DNA from: Dipteris shenzhenensis
Lineage: Eukaryota
Strand: one strand, 5' to 3'
NCBI GenBank assembly: GCA_047967505.1
Contig: CM106538.1
DNA: 64,000 nt
In this document: positions 27,170-39,714 of the stretch, in pieces
Layout: each line of letters opens with the position of its first letter
How positions within the stretch are numbered: position 1 is the stretch's first letter
Position numbers and translations under genes: made by a program
Notes under the pieces: model-generated
What the model was told of the DNA's origin: nothing
The model's database searches: none
Seen by the model: the letters and a program-made list of their open reading frames with translations, nothing else

Positions 27170-27618
27170 CCACTCTTTATTCTCTCAATTCATAGTGTAA
27201 GTTAAGAAACAATAAAGCTAATTTGTTGCTACATGATATTCGACAAGCCAACAGCTATGCTAAAGAGGATTAAAAAAGGCAAGACACAGAAGCTTCATCA
27301 CCGACCAAACTCTTCTATTAAGTCTTTATCTAATAGTGTCTTGTCTTTGTAGCTCATTTTCATACATGCGCAAGCTGAACATGCATTTGTATTGATGGAT
27401 TCTCTTCCTCTCGTTGTTATAGAGGCCCTCACCATTAGTTCCACAATGGAGGGCTCCGAGCTCGTTTAAAAGAAACAACAATCCTACATTTCAAAAGAGG
27501 AAGCTGCACATAATGACATCATATAGGAGCAAGATGGAGATCACGATATTCAGGAAGAAGATGACGATCAAGAATCACCCAAATTTATTGCAAAAGGGGA
27601 ATTACACGATCAAGTCTT

Positions 27619-27972
27619 TGTGAAGAGAGTGGGAGAGAAGGAAGGAGTCTCACTTGCAGCTTTCTCACATACACAATGGGGGAATATACACAAAGGTGGA
27701 GGCTGAAAACAGTTTTTCTCTTCTTAGTTGTGAAAGCCAAAAGAACTCTAAGTACAAAAGAATAGGTGAACCCTATATGTGGGTCTCAAACCAAACTCAA
27801 CTAACTAAGCTAGCATACTAACTGAGCCACTAACTAGAGTACATAAAGATAGCTATCATCCAGCTATTATTCATGGGAGGTGTACCAACTGCATCTGCAG
27901 CTAACAAGTCGGTGACATAAATGCACAACAATCACCCTAGCATATCACGAGTGGGAGCTCGATATCTCAACA
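27619..27972 (-). repeat. 3' LTR of copia #2 (354 bp)
   Basis: TG...CA. About 15 substitutions and 1 indel versus 32809-33161 by manual count. Confidence 0.95.
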
Positions 27973-27974
27973 CT

Positions 27975-30900
27975 CCCCCTCGAGCTCAATCCCAATTCCT
28001 GCACACCAAGCACATCTCTGGACTTGCGCAGCTTCTTTGCACCCAATGCCTTTGTGAATATGTCAGCTACCTGATCCTCTGTGCTAACATAAACTAGATC
28101 AATAAAACCTATAGAACCTTCTCCTGCACCTAGTGATAATGCACCTCAATGTGCTTTGTTCTAGCATGATAGATTGGGTTATTTGCTGATTGTATATACT
28201 GCTCACGTTGTCATAATAAATGACAACTGGCCCATCTGTAGACTGATGCATATTATAAAGTAGCTTATGCAACCAAGCTACCTCACATGCAGCCATTGCT
28301 GCACCCTTGTACTCAGCCTCTGTGCTCGACGAGGCAACTATAGGATGTTTCTTGCTGCTCCAAGTAACTGCAACACTCCCAAAAGAGAACACATATTCAC
28401 TGGTAGATCGTCTATCAGAAATACTACCAGCCCAGTCAGCATCAGTGTATCCATGCAAATATATCTGAACCCCAGTCTCATAAAGTAGTCCATACTGCAA
28501 TGTGGACTTCACATACCTTAGCATGCATCTAGCCGCATCCAAATGCGGTTTCCTTGGAGCCTGCATAAATTGACTTACCAAGCCAACAGCATAGCTCAAA
28601 TCTGGCTTGGTAATAGTCATATAAATCAAACTTCCTACTATGCGTCTGTACATAGTAGGGTCTTCCAGAAGCTCACCTGCATCTGCGCTCAGCTTCATAT
28701 TCTGCTCCAAAGGAATTGAAATAGGCTTACAGCCTATCATCCCATATTTGGACAGCATGTCCAATCCATACTGCCTATGCAAGAGCCATATCCCACTTGT
28801 GGATCTAATCACCTCAATGCCCAGGAAGTAACGCAACTCTCCCAAATCTTTCATCTCAAACTTCTGCTTCAATAGCATTTTCACATGAAGGATATCTTCA
28901 TCCCTATCACCTGTGATGATCAAATCATCAACATAAATGACAAGCAGCATAATACCTTTCTCACATTCTGCCTTGGAAATCTGAAAGCTAATAGTGACAA
29001 GATACTGTCCTATCTTGTCAGACCATGCTCTGGGTGCTTGCTTCAAGCCATAGAAGGCTTTCTTCAACCTACAAACAAACTCAGGATGAACAGCATGAAC
29101 ATAACTTGGTGGCTGTATAGACCTCTTCTTGCAAATCACCATGCAAGAAAGCATTTTTTACATCCATCTGATGTAAAGACCATCCCTTTGATGCAGCCAT
29201 AGCAATGACTACTCTTACGGTTTCCATCCTTGCAACCGGACAGAATGTTTCTTTATAATCAATGCCATATGTATGTGCATACCCCTTGACAACTAATCTT
29301 TCCTTGTATCTGTTCATAGAACCATCTGCATTGTGCTTCACCTTATAAACCCACTTGCAACCAATTGCATTCTTGTCTTTAGGCAAAGGCACCAATTCCC
29401 ATGTAGCATTTACTTCCAAGGCATCCATTTCTTCATCCATGGCTTTCTCCGATTTTTCTTTTTCCCATGGCTTGCTCAAAAGAAGTGGGTTCTGGTTCAT
29501 GTATCACTTTGACCATATAGGCATAGTGAATGGCTATAAATCCATCATATTTCAGCCTATCCACAGGATACCTAGCACTAGTAGACCTGTGCAAAATAGG
29601 CTCACTACTAGGTGCTCTCAAAACATCCCTTGTCTTCCTTACTCCAGGTGTAACAACAAAAGGAATACCCAACTCATCATCAAGGCTCTGTTCTGAGCCA
29701 CTGGATTCACCATCCACATAAGAGTGACCTGCATTCACATCAACCATGGGCTGATCTACTTTCTCTTTTCCTTTTCGTGATACTTGCATACCACTATCTG
29801 CATTGCTTTGAGGAGATCCTCCTGATCTCAATTTGCTTGTCCATGGTGAAGTATGTGAACCACTGCTAGAGGACGCTACAGGTCCACTAATATTTTGTGA
29901 TTGCTGCTATGAATTTTGTGCAGCATTACCATTTTGTGCATCTACATCATCAATCACATTTATTGCTATATACCAGCTACTCATCTCATAAAAAATAACA
30001 TCTCTACTCACTATAAACTTACGAGTAGAAGGGTTATAGCATCTATACCCTTTCTGCTACAGAGAATAACCAATAAAGATGCACTTCTCAGCTTTTGGAT
30101 CCAACTTGGATCTCAACTCATCTGGCACATGAACATAGGTAATGCAACCAAAAACTTTCGAATGAGAAATATCTGGTTTCCTACCAGTATACCTCTCCTC
30201 TAGCATCATGCCATGTATTACTGTAGCGGGTGTCCTGTTCATTATGTAGACTGCTGTAGCAACTGCTTCAGCCCCATAATAATCTGGTAGGTCTTTTTCG
30301 TTGAGCATGGCATGAGATACCTCTCCAATATGCCTGTTTTTCCTTTCTGCAAGTCCATTTTGCTGTGGGGTATGACTGCATGAATATTGTTGCTTTATGC
30401 CATGCTTATGCAGGAAACTTGCAAACTCATTTGAGAGGTACTCTCTCCCTCCATCTAACCTTAGGCATTTTATTTAAAGGCTTGTTTCTTTTTTAACCAT
30501 AGCTTTAAAAGCTTTGAAATGCCCAAACACTTCACTTTTCTTTTTCATAAAATACACCCAAACTTTTCTGCGGTAGTCATCAATAAAAGTGACAAAATAA
30601 TGACAGCCTCCAATAGATGCAGCTTTAGTAGCCCACACATCAGAGTGGATTAATTCCAATGGCCTCTTACTCTTTTGAACATGTCTAAGAAATGGTTTCC
30701 TTGCCTGTTTTCCAAATTGACAGGCTTCACATACCTTATGCATTTCTGCAACCTTGAACTTAGGCAATCCTGCAACAATATTTTAAGCCTGCATTAATTT
30801 AAGTCGCTATACATTAACATGACCAATGCGTTTATGCTAGATATCAATATCTGCAACTACACCGGTCCCATGTGCAAACATTGCTACACTCAATTCAGGC

Positions 30901-32269
30901 ATGTCCACATCCAACGTAAACATTCTGCCCTTCTTCTTCCCTTTTGCTACTAAGCGACCTTTATTTTTTATATCCTCAACAAAGCATCCATGAGGATTAA
31001 ATTTGACCTGCAAGCCCTGCTCAACCATTTCACCAATAGAACCCAAGTTCTTGGTGATATTCGGGACATGAAATACATCAGATAGGTATTTCTTTTTTCC
31101 ATCCTACATAGACAAAGGAATTTTACCAATCTGCACAATAGGATGTGCAGTATCATCACCAGTGTCCACAAATCTTGGTCTTTCCATTTTCCTTGCATCT
31201 TACATCCATTTTGCATGACCTGTCATGTGGTTTGATGCACCTGAGTCAACATACCACACATCATTGCTTTCTTCTACAGTTGTCACAGAATTGGTCATGT
31301 GCTACACCATAAACTGATGCTCATTTCTGTCATCACCCTGTCTACTAGAGGATGGATAATTGCCTTGCTGGAATTTTCCAGTCATGATTTCATTCTGCTA
31401 TAGCAGTCTTTAACCATATGTCCCATTTTACCACAGTAGTAGCATTCAACATTGTTGTTTGCATTTTGGCCTCTCTGCCATTCACCACGACCTCTTTGGC
31501 TCCCCCTGCCTCTAAAGTTACCACGTCCTCCTCCATAGGACTAGATTTCTAGAGTTTGATGCATATTCTGATTTCTGCCACGGCCTCCAAATCTGCCTGC
31601 TCTACCTCTGCCTCTACCTCTTCTAGCATTTGAGTAGAAGATAGCTTCTTTTGAAGTTCCTCCTGAAGAATATGCACCACCATTTCTCTACTCTTTAGAA
31701 ATTAGAAGAGCAATCAACTCCTCAAAATCAGGAAAATTCTCACGGATGGCAATGGATGTCTGGAATTGTGCATAATCCTTTCGTAGACCATTCAAGGTCA
31801 CAGAAACTAAATCATCATCTTCCACTGGCGAACCAATAGAAGCAAGTGCATCTGCAATCTTCTTCACCTTCATGTGGTAGTCATTGATGCTCATATTTTC
31901 TCTTTGCACATTATGCAACTCCTACTTGAGCTGCATTTTCCTGGCTTGCGTATTTGTGCTATACATTTTTGTCAAAGTATCCCACGCCTCCTTCGGCATG
32001 CTTGCATCCTGAATATGCACAATCATAGAATTTGAAATACTGATAGACAGCCATTACATAACTTTTCTGGCTCTCTCATGCCAGCCTTTAAATTCCTGTA
32101 ACTCCTGTTGATTGGGAACATTAGGAATAACTGGTTCTTGTTCAGCTCCAGTAATGAACTCCCAATAGCTTTTTCCCTTAAGGAAATTCATCATTCTAAA
32201 CTTCCATGCTTGGAAGTTGTTCTTGTCAAGCTTTTCAGTGACAATCTATGAAAGAGCATCAGACGCCAT
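27975..32269 (-). pseudogene. gag-pol of copia #2 with several stops and frameshifts
   Basis: EKLDKNNFQAWKF (gag), CYYCGKMGH (zinc knuckle), WYVDSGASNHM (protease), LIHSDVW (integrase), HQMDVKNAFLHG and IYVDDLII (RT), GYTDADWAG/SSTEAEY (RNase H). Confidence 0.93.
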
Positions 32270-32808
32270 TACTGAACACTGCAAAATATTCTGTCACTAC
32301 AAAAAACACAACTTCTACCTCACAACGGCAAATCTGCAAAACTAATGAGAGTGGTATTTGACCACACAGTCACTTCCTAGTGACAATTATGCATCAACAG
32401 GCAATAAGAATGATTATGTCACTCCCAATATCTCTGTGCACAGGCATACGATGTAATTTTTGTGATAACTTTTCACCGACCTACAGAACTGTGGTCGCAT
32501 AGCGAAAATAGGGCACTTTCTTAAGTGCCTGCTGAAAACTTCCACCACCAAAATGGGCCCCAAAATGGCCTCGAATCAAAAAAATAATTCACTAAAGGCT
32601 TTGCCCTTACCCATAGCATATACTGCCCCCTCGCCACACTGTGAAGGGTGTCCCAATCTGGCACTCTTGCACTCTCTGGCTATGCTACCTGTAGAGATTT
32701 GCTCTCAAACTCGAAAAAAAAGGAAAGCAACACTGATCCTCTTACTAGGACACCGTGAACTTGGTTTGCTTTCCTGAGCTCCTTACCACGAATCGGGCTT
32801 TGATACCA

Positions 32809-33161
32809 TGTGAAGAGAGTGGGAGAGAAGGAAGGAGTCTCACTTGCAGCATTCTCACATACACAATGGGGGAATATACACAAAGGTGGAGGCTAAAAAC
32901 AGTTTTTCTCTTCTTAGTTGTGAAAGCCAAAAGAACTCTAAGTATAAAAGAATAGGTGAACCCTATATGTGGGTCTCAAACCAAACTCAGCTAACTAAGG
33001 TGGCATACTAACTGAGCCACTAACTAGAGTACATAAAGATAGCTATCATTTAGCTATTATTCATGGGCGGTGTACCAACCGCATCTGCAGCTAACAAGTC
33101 GGTGACATATATGCACAACGGTCACCCTGGCATATCAGGAGTGGAGCTCGATATCTCAACA
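32809..33161 (-). repeat. 5' LTR of copia #2 (353 bp)
   Basis: Direct repeat of 27619-27972, adjacent to the PBS. Confidence 0.95.
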
Positions 33162-33671
33162 ATCTTAGGTGAACGTACAATGCCAGAGTATGATGATGAT
33201 ATAGGAGATCAACTCGGTATAGAGTTGGAGATAGACTTGTTTGGCAGGTAGGACTTGGCTCAGGATGAAGCCATTGATGTAAATGCTCTTGATTGATTTT
33301 TTTCATTTCAAACTTGGACATGAATATATGAGCTTCAAACTTGATGTACATGCTCTTGTATTTCTATTCTTTTAAAGGATCAAAGATGTATGAAAAGAAT
33401 TTTTTTTTCATTAGGAAACACTCTCTATTAAAGAATGGTATGGGAAGAAACACTCTCTAGAAAAGGTCGGTATAGGAAAGCATCTGAGAGTCGGTATATA
33501 CTGATCTTTTACACTTCTATCAAAGGTCGGTATATACCAACCATTAACAAGTCTATGAAATGTCAGTATATACCAACCTTTTTAAACCTATTGTACGTAT
33601 TGATGATTAGTGCACCACGCATGCTAAACATTGGCGCTTAATTGCCGAAACAAGGCCCGTCTGGAGTAGTG

Positions 33672-36567
33672 TCTTCTTCTTTCTTCTTGTACTCTTTTCC
33701 ACACTTTTGCCTCTCTTTTCCTCTCTATTTCTCTCTTTTCCACTCTTTTCCTCTCTTCTTTTTTTTTTTTTCTAGCACCCTTTCTCGCATTTTTGCACTC
33801 TGCTCGCATTTTTTGCATTCTTTCTGTATTTTTGCATTTTGGCATTCTTTTTTGTATTTCTACACTCTTTTCTTGATTTCCACATTCTTTGTGCACTTTT
33901 GCATTCTTTTTCGCATTTTCGTATTCTTTTTCACATTTTCGCATTCTTTTCCACATTTCTGCGTTTTCTTTGTATTGCAGTCTTTCCCGCATTTCCACAC
34001 TCTTTCTGCATGTCCGCATTCTTTTTTGCATTTCTGCATTGTTTTCTGTATTCTCGTTTTTTTTTTGCATTTCTGCACTCTTCCATATTTTTGCATTCTT
34101 TTTCACATTTTTGCATTCTTTCTGCATTTCCACTCTTCCCCACATTTTTACACTCTCGTTCATATTTCCACATTCTTTCTCTCTTTCTCGCATTCTTTCC
34201 ACATTTTGTCACTTTTTCCCGCATTTCTGCACTCTTTTTCACATTCCTTTTTGCATTTTTGCGTTGTCTTTCGCATTTCTACATTCTTTTTGCATTTTTG
34301 CACTCTTTTTCATATTTTTTGGATTCTTGTATTCTTTTTCTCTCTTTCTCTTCTCCTCTCCACTACTCTTTTTTGCATTCTCTTCTTCTCCTCTCCTCTT
34401 TTCTCATCTCCCCTCTCTTCTTTGTTTCTCTTTTTATTTTCAAATTAATTAGCTTTTTTGCATTTCTGCAGTTTAATTCATGCAACTTTCTTTTTTTGTT
34501 TGGGTTTGTGTTTTATTTATTCAGCATGGACTCACATCGCACATCTTTCATGTTGGAGCAGTCCAAGAGCTTTAGGGGAGGCCATGACCTCCTGAGTCCC
34601 AAGGACTTCGTAGCTCTGTGACTCCAGCTGACTTGGAGAGATACGACCATCTTATCCAATCTCATATGACCTCAATTAGGGACTTTCCTAGCACATCGGG
34701 CCTTCCCAGTGTTGTAGCATCAGCATTGTCTACCCGATAGGTGTCGCCTATCACATTTAGTGCTACAGCATCAGCATTGTCTACCAAACAGGCTTCGTCT
34801 ATCACATGTATTTAGTCAGGCATCATCCCCTAGGGGATGACGTTCTGCCTCTAGGAAGATTAAGAAGGGTACTTGTGGTGGTGGAGGTATCGCCGTAGAT
34901 GTGGATGAGACAGCATAGCTTGACACTAGCCCCCTCTCCATCCCTTGCTCTCTACCACCCCTCACTCCATCACCCCTTGCTCCATCACCCCTTGCTCCAC
35001 CACCCCTACTACACCACTTGCCCTAGCAAGACTAGGAGGGGCTTTTGTTGTGGTGGGAGTGAAGACATAGATGAGTCTGCACATTCTTGCCTCCCCCACC
35101 ACGATGAGACACAACTTGATACTGGACCGTTGCCTCCTCGCTCCACCACCCCTGCCTCCACCCCTTCTTGGTCCACCTAGGTGGATCTACCACCCCATGC
35201 TCCATTGCCACTCCTACCTCACACCTTCCATGGATACCAGAGCATATCAACCCCGAGGATGTCTCATACACTCTCAATCGATTGGGACAGATCATTGAGG
35301 ATAAGAGGGGGAAATAAGTGATTGCTCACATGAGGTGCCTAATGTTTGTATATTTTCGCAACAATATCTTCCGAGGCTAGTGCAATCAGAGTGAGGCAAG
35401 GAAGGAGGATTTGGTACATGAGCTCAAGAGGGAATTCCCAAACCCCATAGGTTATGAGTTTAATGCTGATTACATGAAATATCACAGGAGCATATGTCTT
35501 TGACATCGTCAGTTGGAGATAAGAGATAGGCTGAAGGTTGGACGGAGTAAGCCTTCGTGTGACGGCGTGATGGCTGGACACCATAGGAACTCACACCTCG
35601 GGACTGGTGGAAGGGTAGGCTATAAGGCATGGGTGGTAAGTCTATTTCTCTTATACTTAATGTTTTGTTTGTTTACTTTTCCATATATGGCACTTCATCT
35701 AAGTCTCTAAATTTGGGTCCGTAGGAAATTTGTGATTGGCCATCCTTCTGTAGATGTGGAGTGTAGGTACGCATGGTAAGTAGGGGCGAGGCCAGTTTTC
35801 CAAGAGCTGGAGCATCAGGGATACAAGATCAATTCGGTTGTGGTGGCTTCATGGCATGTGAGTCTACTCCAATCATCATTGTTTTCAAGCATGTTTGATC
35901 ATACCATTGATTTTACAACTAAGTTCTAATCTTATTTTTTTAATTGTTTTATTCTTAGGGTGGCCATGTGGAAACCCCAAGTGATACAAAGGAGGAGGAG
36001 CTTGCAGGTGGAGACGCAAGGAAGAGAGAGGAAGCCGAAGGATCAGGTAGAGGCGGAGAGGTCGAGGGATCAGGTAGAGGCTGAGAGGTTGAGGGATCAG
36101 GCAGAGGTGGGGATGAGATTCTAGTGATTCGGAGTCAGATTAGTGATAGTTTTGCCATTTTGTATTTAGCATACCTTTGGCAATTTTGTCATTTTGTATC
36201 TCATCTTCAAAATTTATACTACCCTCTTCCAAAGGAAAATTTGTAATAAGATGTGATGATTTGAGATTTTTAGGAAATTTTGCATGGGCATGTTGTAACT
36301 CTTTCCTTTTTAATAAAATACATACAATAGTGGGGGAGAATGCGGCTGAAACAAGCCTTATTTTGCCCCATAATTGTTTTAAAAAGCTTCTGTAAAGTGT
36401 CGATATATACCGATGCTTTATTAGTGTCGGTATGTACAAATTCTTATAAGTGTTGGTATATACCAATGCTCATTTAGCGACACATATACTGATGCTTTGC
36501 GCTCACAAAAAAAAAAGTGTTATTTCCATCGGTATTAGTATCAAAAGCTGACCAATGCCTTGTAGTG
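33672..36567 (+). mobile_element. CACTA fragment #2b: low-complexity tract, degenerate partner gene and right terminus
   Basis: TTTTGCATT-rich tract 33672-34440. Partner-gene remnants (YTLNRLGQIIEDKRGK..IAHMR, FPKPIGYEFNADY, SHLGTGG). Subterminal GTCGGTATATACCGA-like repeats 36395-36470. Ends CCTTGTAGTG like CACTA #1. Confidence 0.8.
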
Positions 36568-38046
36568 AGATTGGGATAGATATAAGCCTAAATTTTTTCT
36601 TGTAATACTTTTTAAGGGTAAAAAGTGAGCTTAATGTAAATGGAAAACTCCTCGAGCTCATTCTAGGAGGGAGCGCCAAAATTATAAACCAAATATAATC
36701 CCTCTAAACATCCATTGATATTTGATATACCAGCAAACATTTCAGTAGTAATTTTGATTCTTCTTTGGCAGTGGTATTTGCTACATTTGTTTCAAAGCTT
36801 TCACTCTTTGAATTTCAATAAAACAATGTATTCTCTATCATTAAAAGCCATTGAAAATGGTGCAGATGGTAGTATTACCATGCAAATGTTTAATTTGGAG
36901 CTACATCACTATTTACATTGAACATAACCTAGTGGGGAGGATTACAAATTTGGGCTTTCATGAAGCCACTAATTCCTTCTTTAGTTTCATAAATGGAGAT
37001 TGCATTTGGGGTGAATTTTTGTTAGTCAAGCTTGACTTCCTAAGTTTGGCCTATGACATTTGCACTAGATTCAAGAATTACTTACACTTGAAGATGTTTG
37101 ACACTAAATGTTTCATCCTTTGGCCAATGCCTTCATAGCAAGGCTATAATGGTTTCACCAAGTTGGTTTATTTCCCCCCCTTTTTTTAATGCGAGTATAT
37201 AATTAGTGCTCCCATTGGCTCCATGCCATTACACCTCATATATTATGTCTATCCCTCATGTGCGTATCCATTTGATCTTTTGCCCCACGAGTCACAACAA
37301 TTCGAGCTTTGTGCCTTCAAATGTGGATAGAGAAGCGAGTTTTCCCAAAGCATCGGCGTATGACCCATAGTGATATCGACCGAGAACCTCTCAAATTGTC
37401 GTGCAGGTTTTCCAAGAGTGCACCCACCATAGGAATGAGCACGAAAGTCCATTTCCAAAAGCTTGGCTAAGCACGCCCAATGCTCAACGTCGTCTACTGC
37501 AAGGGAGGACCTCTGAGCTAGATGGCGTGTGAAAGGGATTAGGCTGTAGAAGACGGCTGACCACTAAGCTAGATAGAAGATGGCTGATCCGTCTGGACAT
37601 AAGAGAATTGACATAGGACATAGGTAGGGTGGAGCAGATGGCGTACGAAAGGGATCATCTTTGGTTTGAACTATAGAAAAAACCGGCACTCAAAACAAAA
37701 GAGAGAGGAGTACGCTATAAAAGAAGGATGAGTGTTCTCAGTATTCATGCCCTGTTTGATGAGTATGTAGTAGGATGATGATTCAGCCATAGTTAGAAGC
37801 GCATGATCAATTTTGACGCCTATGAAGCTTTAGCAGAAGATGATCAGGATTGACTCTTAATTAATTTCAGCTAGCAGGAGATGATCACGATCATATCGAC
37901 TCCTGATTTTAAGCTAGCAGAAGATGATCACCGATGATGATCAGTAGTGACTCCTGGTTCATATTGGCAAACGTTTGAACACAGTACAACAATACAGGAG
38001 TTCATTTTTAACCCGCCATTCGATATCAATGACACCTATGTTCAGT

Positions 38047-38655
38047 ATGGCTGGTAGCCTAATTCAAGCACTTCAGTTCATCGTCCTGATGAGCTCGGCC
38101 GTTCTCTCCTGCAGGGGCAGCTCGGATCTCCCTATCAATACCTCTGCACTCATTTTCTTCGGCGACTCTATCTTAGATACGGGCAACAACGACTACTTGA
38201 ATACTATCGCCAGCGCTGATCACTATCCTTATGGCGTAGATTTACCTCAGGGTCTTGCAACTGGACGCTGGTCGAATGGCTTGATAATTCCAGATATGCT
38301 AGGTAACGTTTGTCTGTTCTAAACATCATGTAGGGACTCCCAAGTTACAAGTTGATTCTGTTTAACGTTAATTAGTTTGTGTGCGCCAAACATTGCTGTT
38401 AGTTTTTACCACTTATACGTTTGGTTCTTACAATTTCAGCCGAATCCCTCGGCTTAGCTTCTCCCTTACCGTACTTGGATCCTAATGCTAGCGGCCCGGC
38501 AATTCTATCTGGCATTAACTTGGCATCAGGAGGGTCGGGATTGCTGAATTACACCCTCCAAGGCCAGGTCTGTGGATTATTAAATTATCGTTGCTCTTTC
38601 TTGAAGAATCCGAAGTATTCAGCGTCTCCTCTTGGTGCTTGCGTGAGCTTTTGAA

Positions 38656-38688
<33 letters not shown>

Positions 38689-39714
38689 CTATTTTTCCAA
38701 ATGATGTAACGCGGAGGAACGCCATGCGCAGAAAGTAGTGCCTCTATCGGAACAGATGGTTTGGTACGCAAACTACCGAGATGAACTGGAACGGATGCTA
38801 GGCACAACAGGAGCTGTCACTGTTTTATCCAGTGCCTTCCATGTAATAAGCTCAGGAACCAACGACTACATTGGGAGCTATTATTTCGATCCCGTCATGC
38901 AAGCAAAGTACAACATCAGCGAATTTCGAGCTCTGCTACTGCAAAGCTACCACGACAATCTGAAGGTAATTTAGACAGCCTGCCAAACTGCCGAAAACCT
39001 TGAGTTCTAATTTCCGAGCTCCCCTTTCCTTTTAAGAAAACACGTTGGGGCGGGTTGTTCTCAGGAGCTCTACAATGTAGGAGGAAGAAACGTAGCAATT
39101 GTGGGGATACCGCCTATGGGGTGTATACCCATCCTAATGAGCCTTTTCAACGGTAGCAAAGGATGTTCTGACGACCTCAATTCAGAGGCGCAAGCATTTA
39201 ATGAAGGGCTTCAATCTTTATTGTCCACTCTGGGTTCTATTTTGGAGGGTTTCAAATTGGCCTACGTTGACAGCTATGATACGGCACTTCAGATTCTTCA
39301 ACGACCTGAACACTACGGTTTGTCCACTATTATTAATCTGTGTTCGCAGCTTAATGTGAGCGAAATCGATGAGCGTAAATTGCTTTCTGCAAGCCGCACA
39401 ATACTATGGATGTGGTCCTCAAAGTCGATGGACCAAATTAATGATATTAGAGAGATTAAGATGAGCTGTAAATGTTTTGAACCAAAAACTGACTAAACGG
39501 GTGCTGTGTTGGGGACGCAATAGGATTCAAGGAGACCACCAGAGGCTGCTGCGGTGACGGAATTTTGGCTGTTGGGCCGACGTGCCTATATCTTTCACCG
39601 ACGTGCACAAACAGAAGCGAGTACTTCTACTTCGACGGCGTTCATCCAACGCAACGTGTGTATGAGATTGTGGCAAGCGAGCTATTTCTTGGAAAGGTGA
39701 CCAAGCGATTTTGA
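38047..39714 (+). CDS. GDSL esterase/lipase, 5 exons (38047-38302, 38440-38567, 38732-38965, 39065-39317, 39524-39714), ~353 aa; start could be the in-frame ATG at 38029 or 38038
   Basis: Signal-peptide-like N-terminus; FFGDSILDTGNN, ATGRWSNG, GINLASGGSG, ISSGTNDY, ELYNVGGRN..VGIPPMGCIP, YFYFDGVHPT. All four introns are GT-AG with consistent phases. Confidence 0.95.

Larger units (their letters stand above)
12866..27490 (+). mobile_element. Ty3/gypsy LTR retrotransposon #1, degenerate; RT missing, integrase interrupted by a CACTA, no 3' LTR found
   Basis: gag zinc knuckle CYSCGENHGIVEC (~14230), protease AIVDGGVGVNVL (~15045) and ILLGRPWL, RNase H (KKFWHYLLANDFVFYIDHQAL), integrase (IVATDYFTKW, IVSDRGTHF, PQGN|GQAKSTN, GQGPYRV). 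Outer boundaries approximate. Confidence 0.85.
27619..33161 (-). mobile_element. Full-length Ty1/copia LTR retrotransposon #2 (polyprotein disrupted)
   Basis: Two LTRs, PBS TGGTATCAAAGC (32797-32808), PPT AGGGGGAG next to 27972, TSD GTCTT/ATCTT (one mismatch). Confidence 0.96.
27495..33671 (+). mobile_element. CACTA fragment #2a: transposase 3' tail plus one terminus, inverted relative to CACTA #1, split by copia #2
   Basis: 27495-27618 joined to 33167-33250 matches the CACTA #1 transposase tail (DGDHDIxEEDD...QVLGERTMxEYDDDIGDQLGIELEIDLFG). It ends ...GGCCCGTCTGGAGTAGTG at 33671, the reverse complement of a CACTA #1-like left end. Confidence 0.85.

Noticed and set aside
33624-34621. Overlapping 190-270 aa ORFs on both strands
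   Set aside because: TTTTGCATT-type low-complexity tract; no protein signal.
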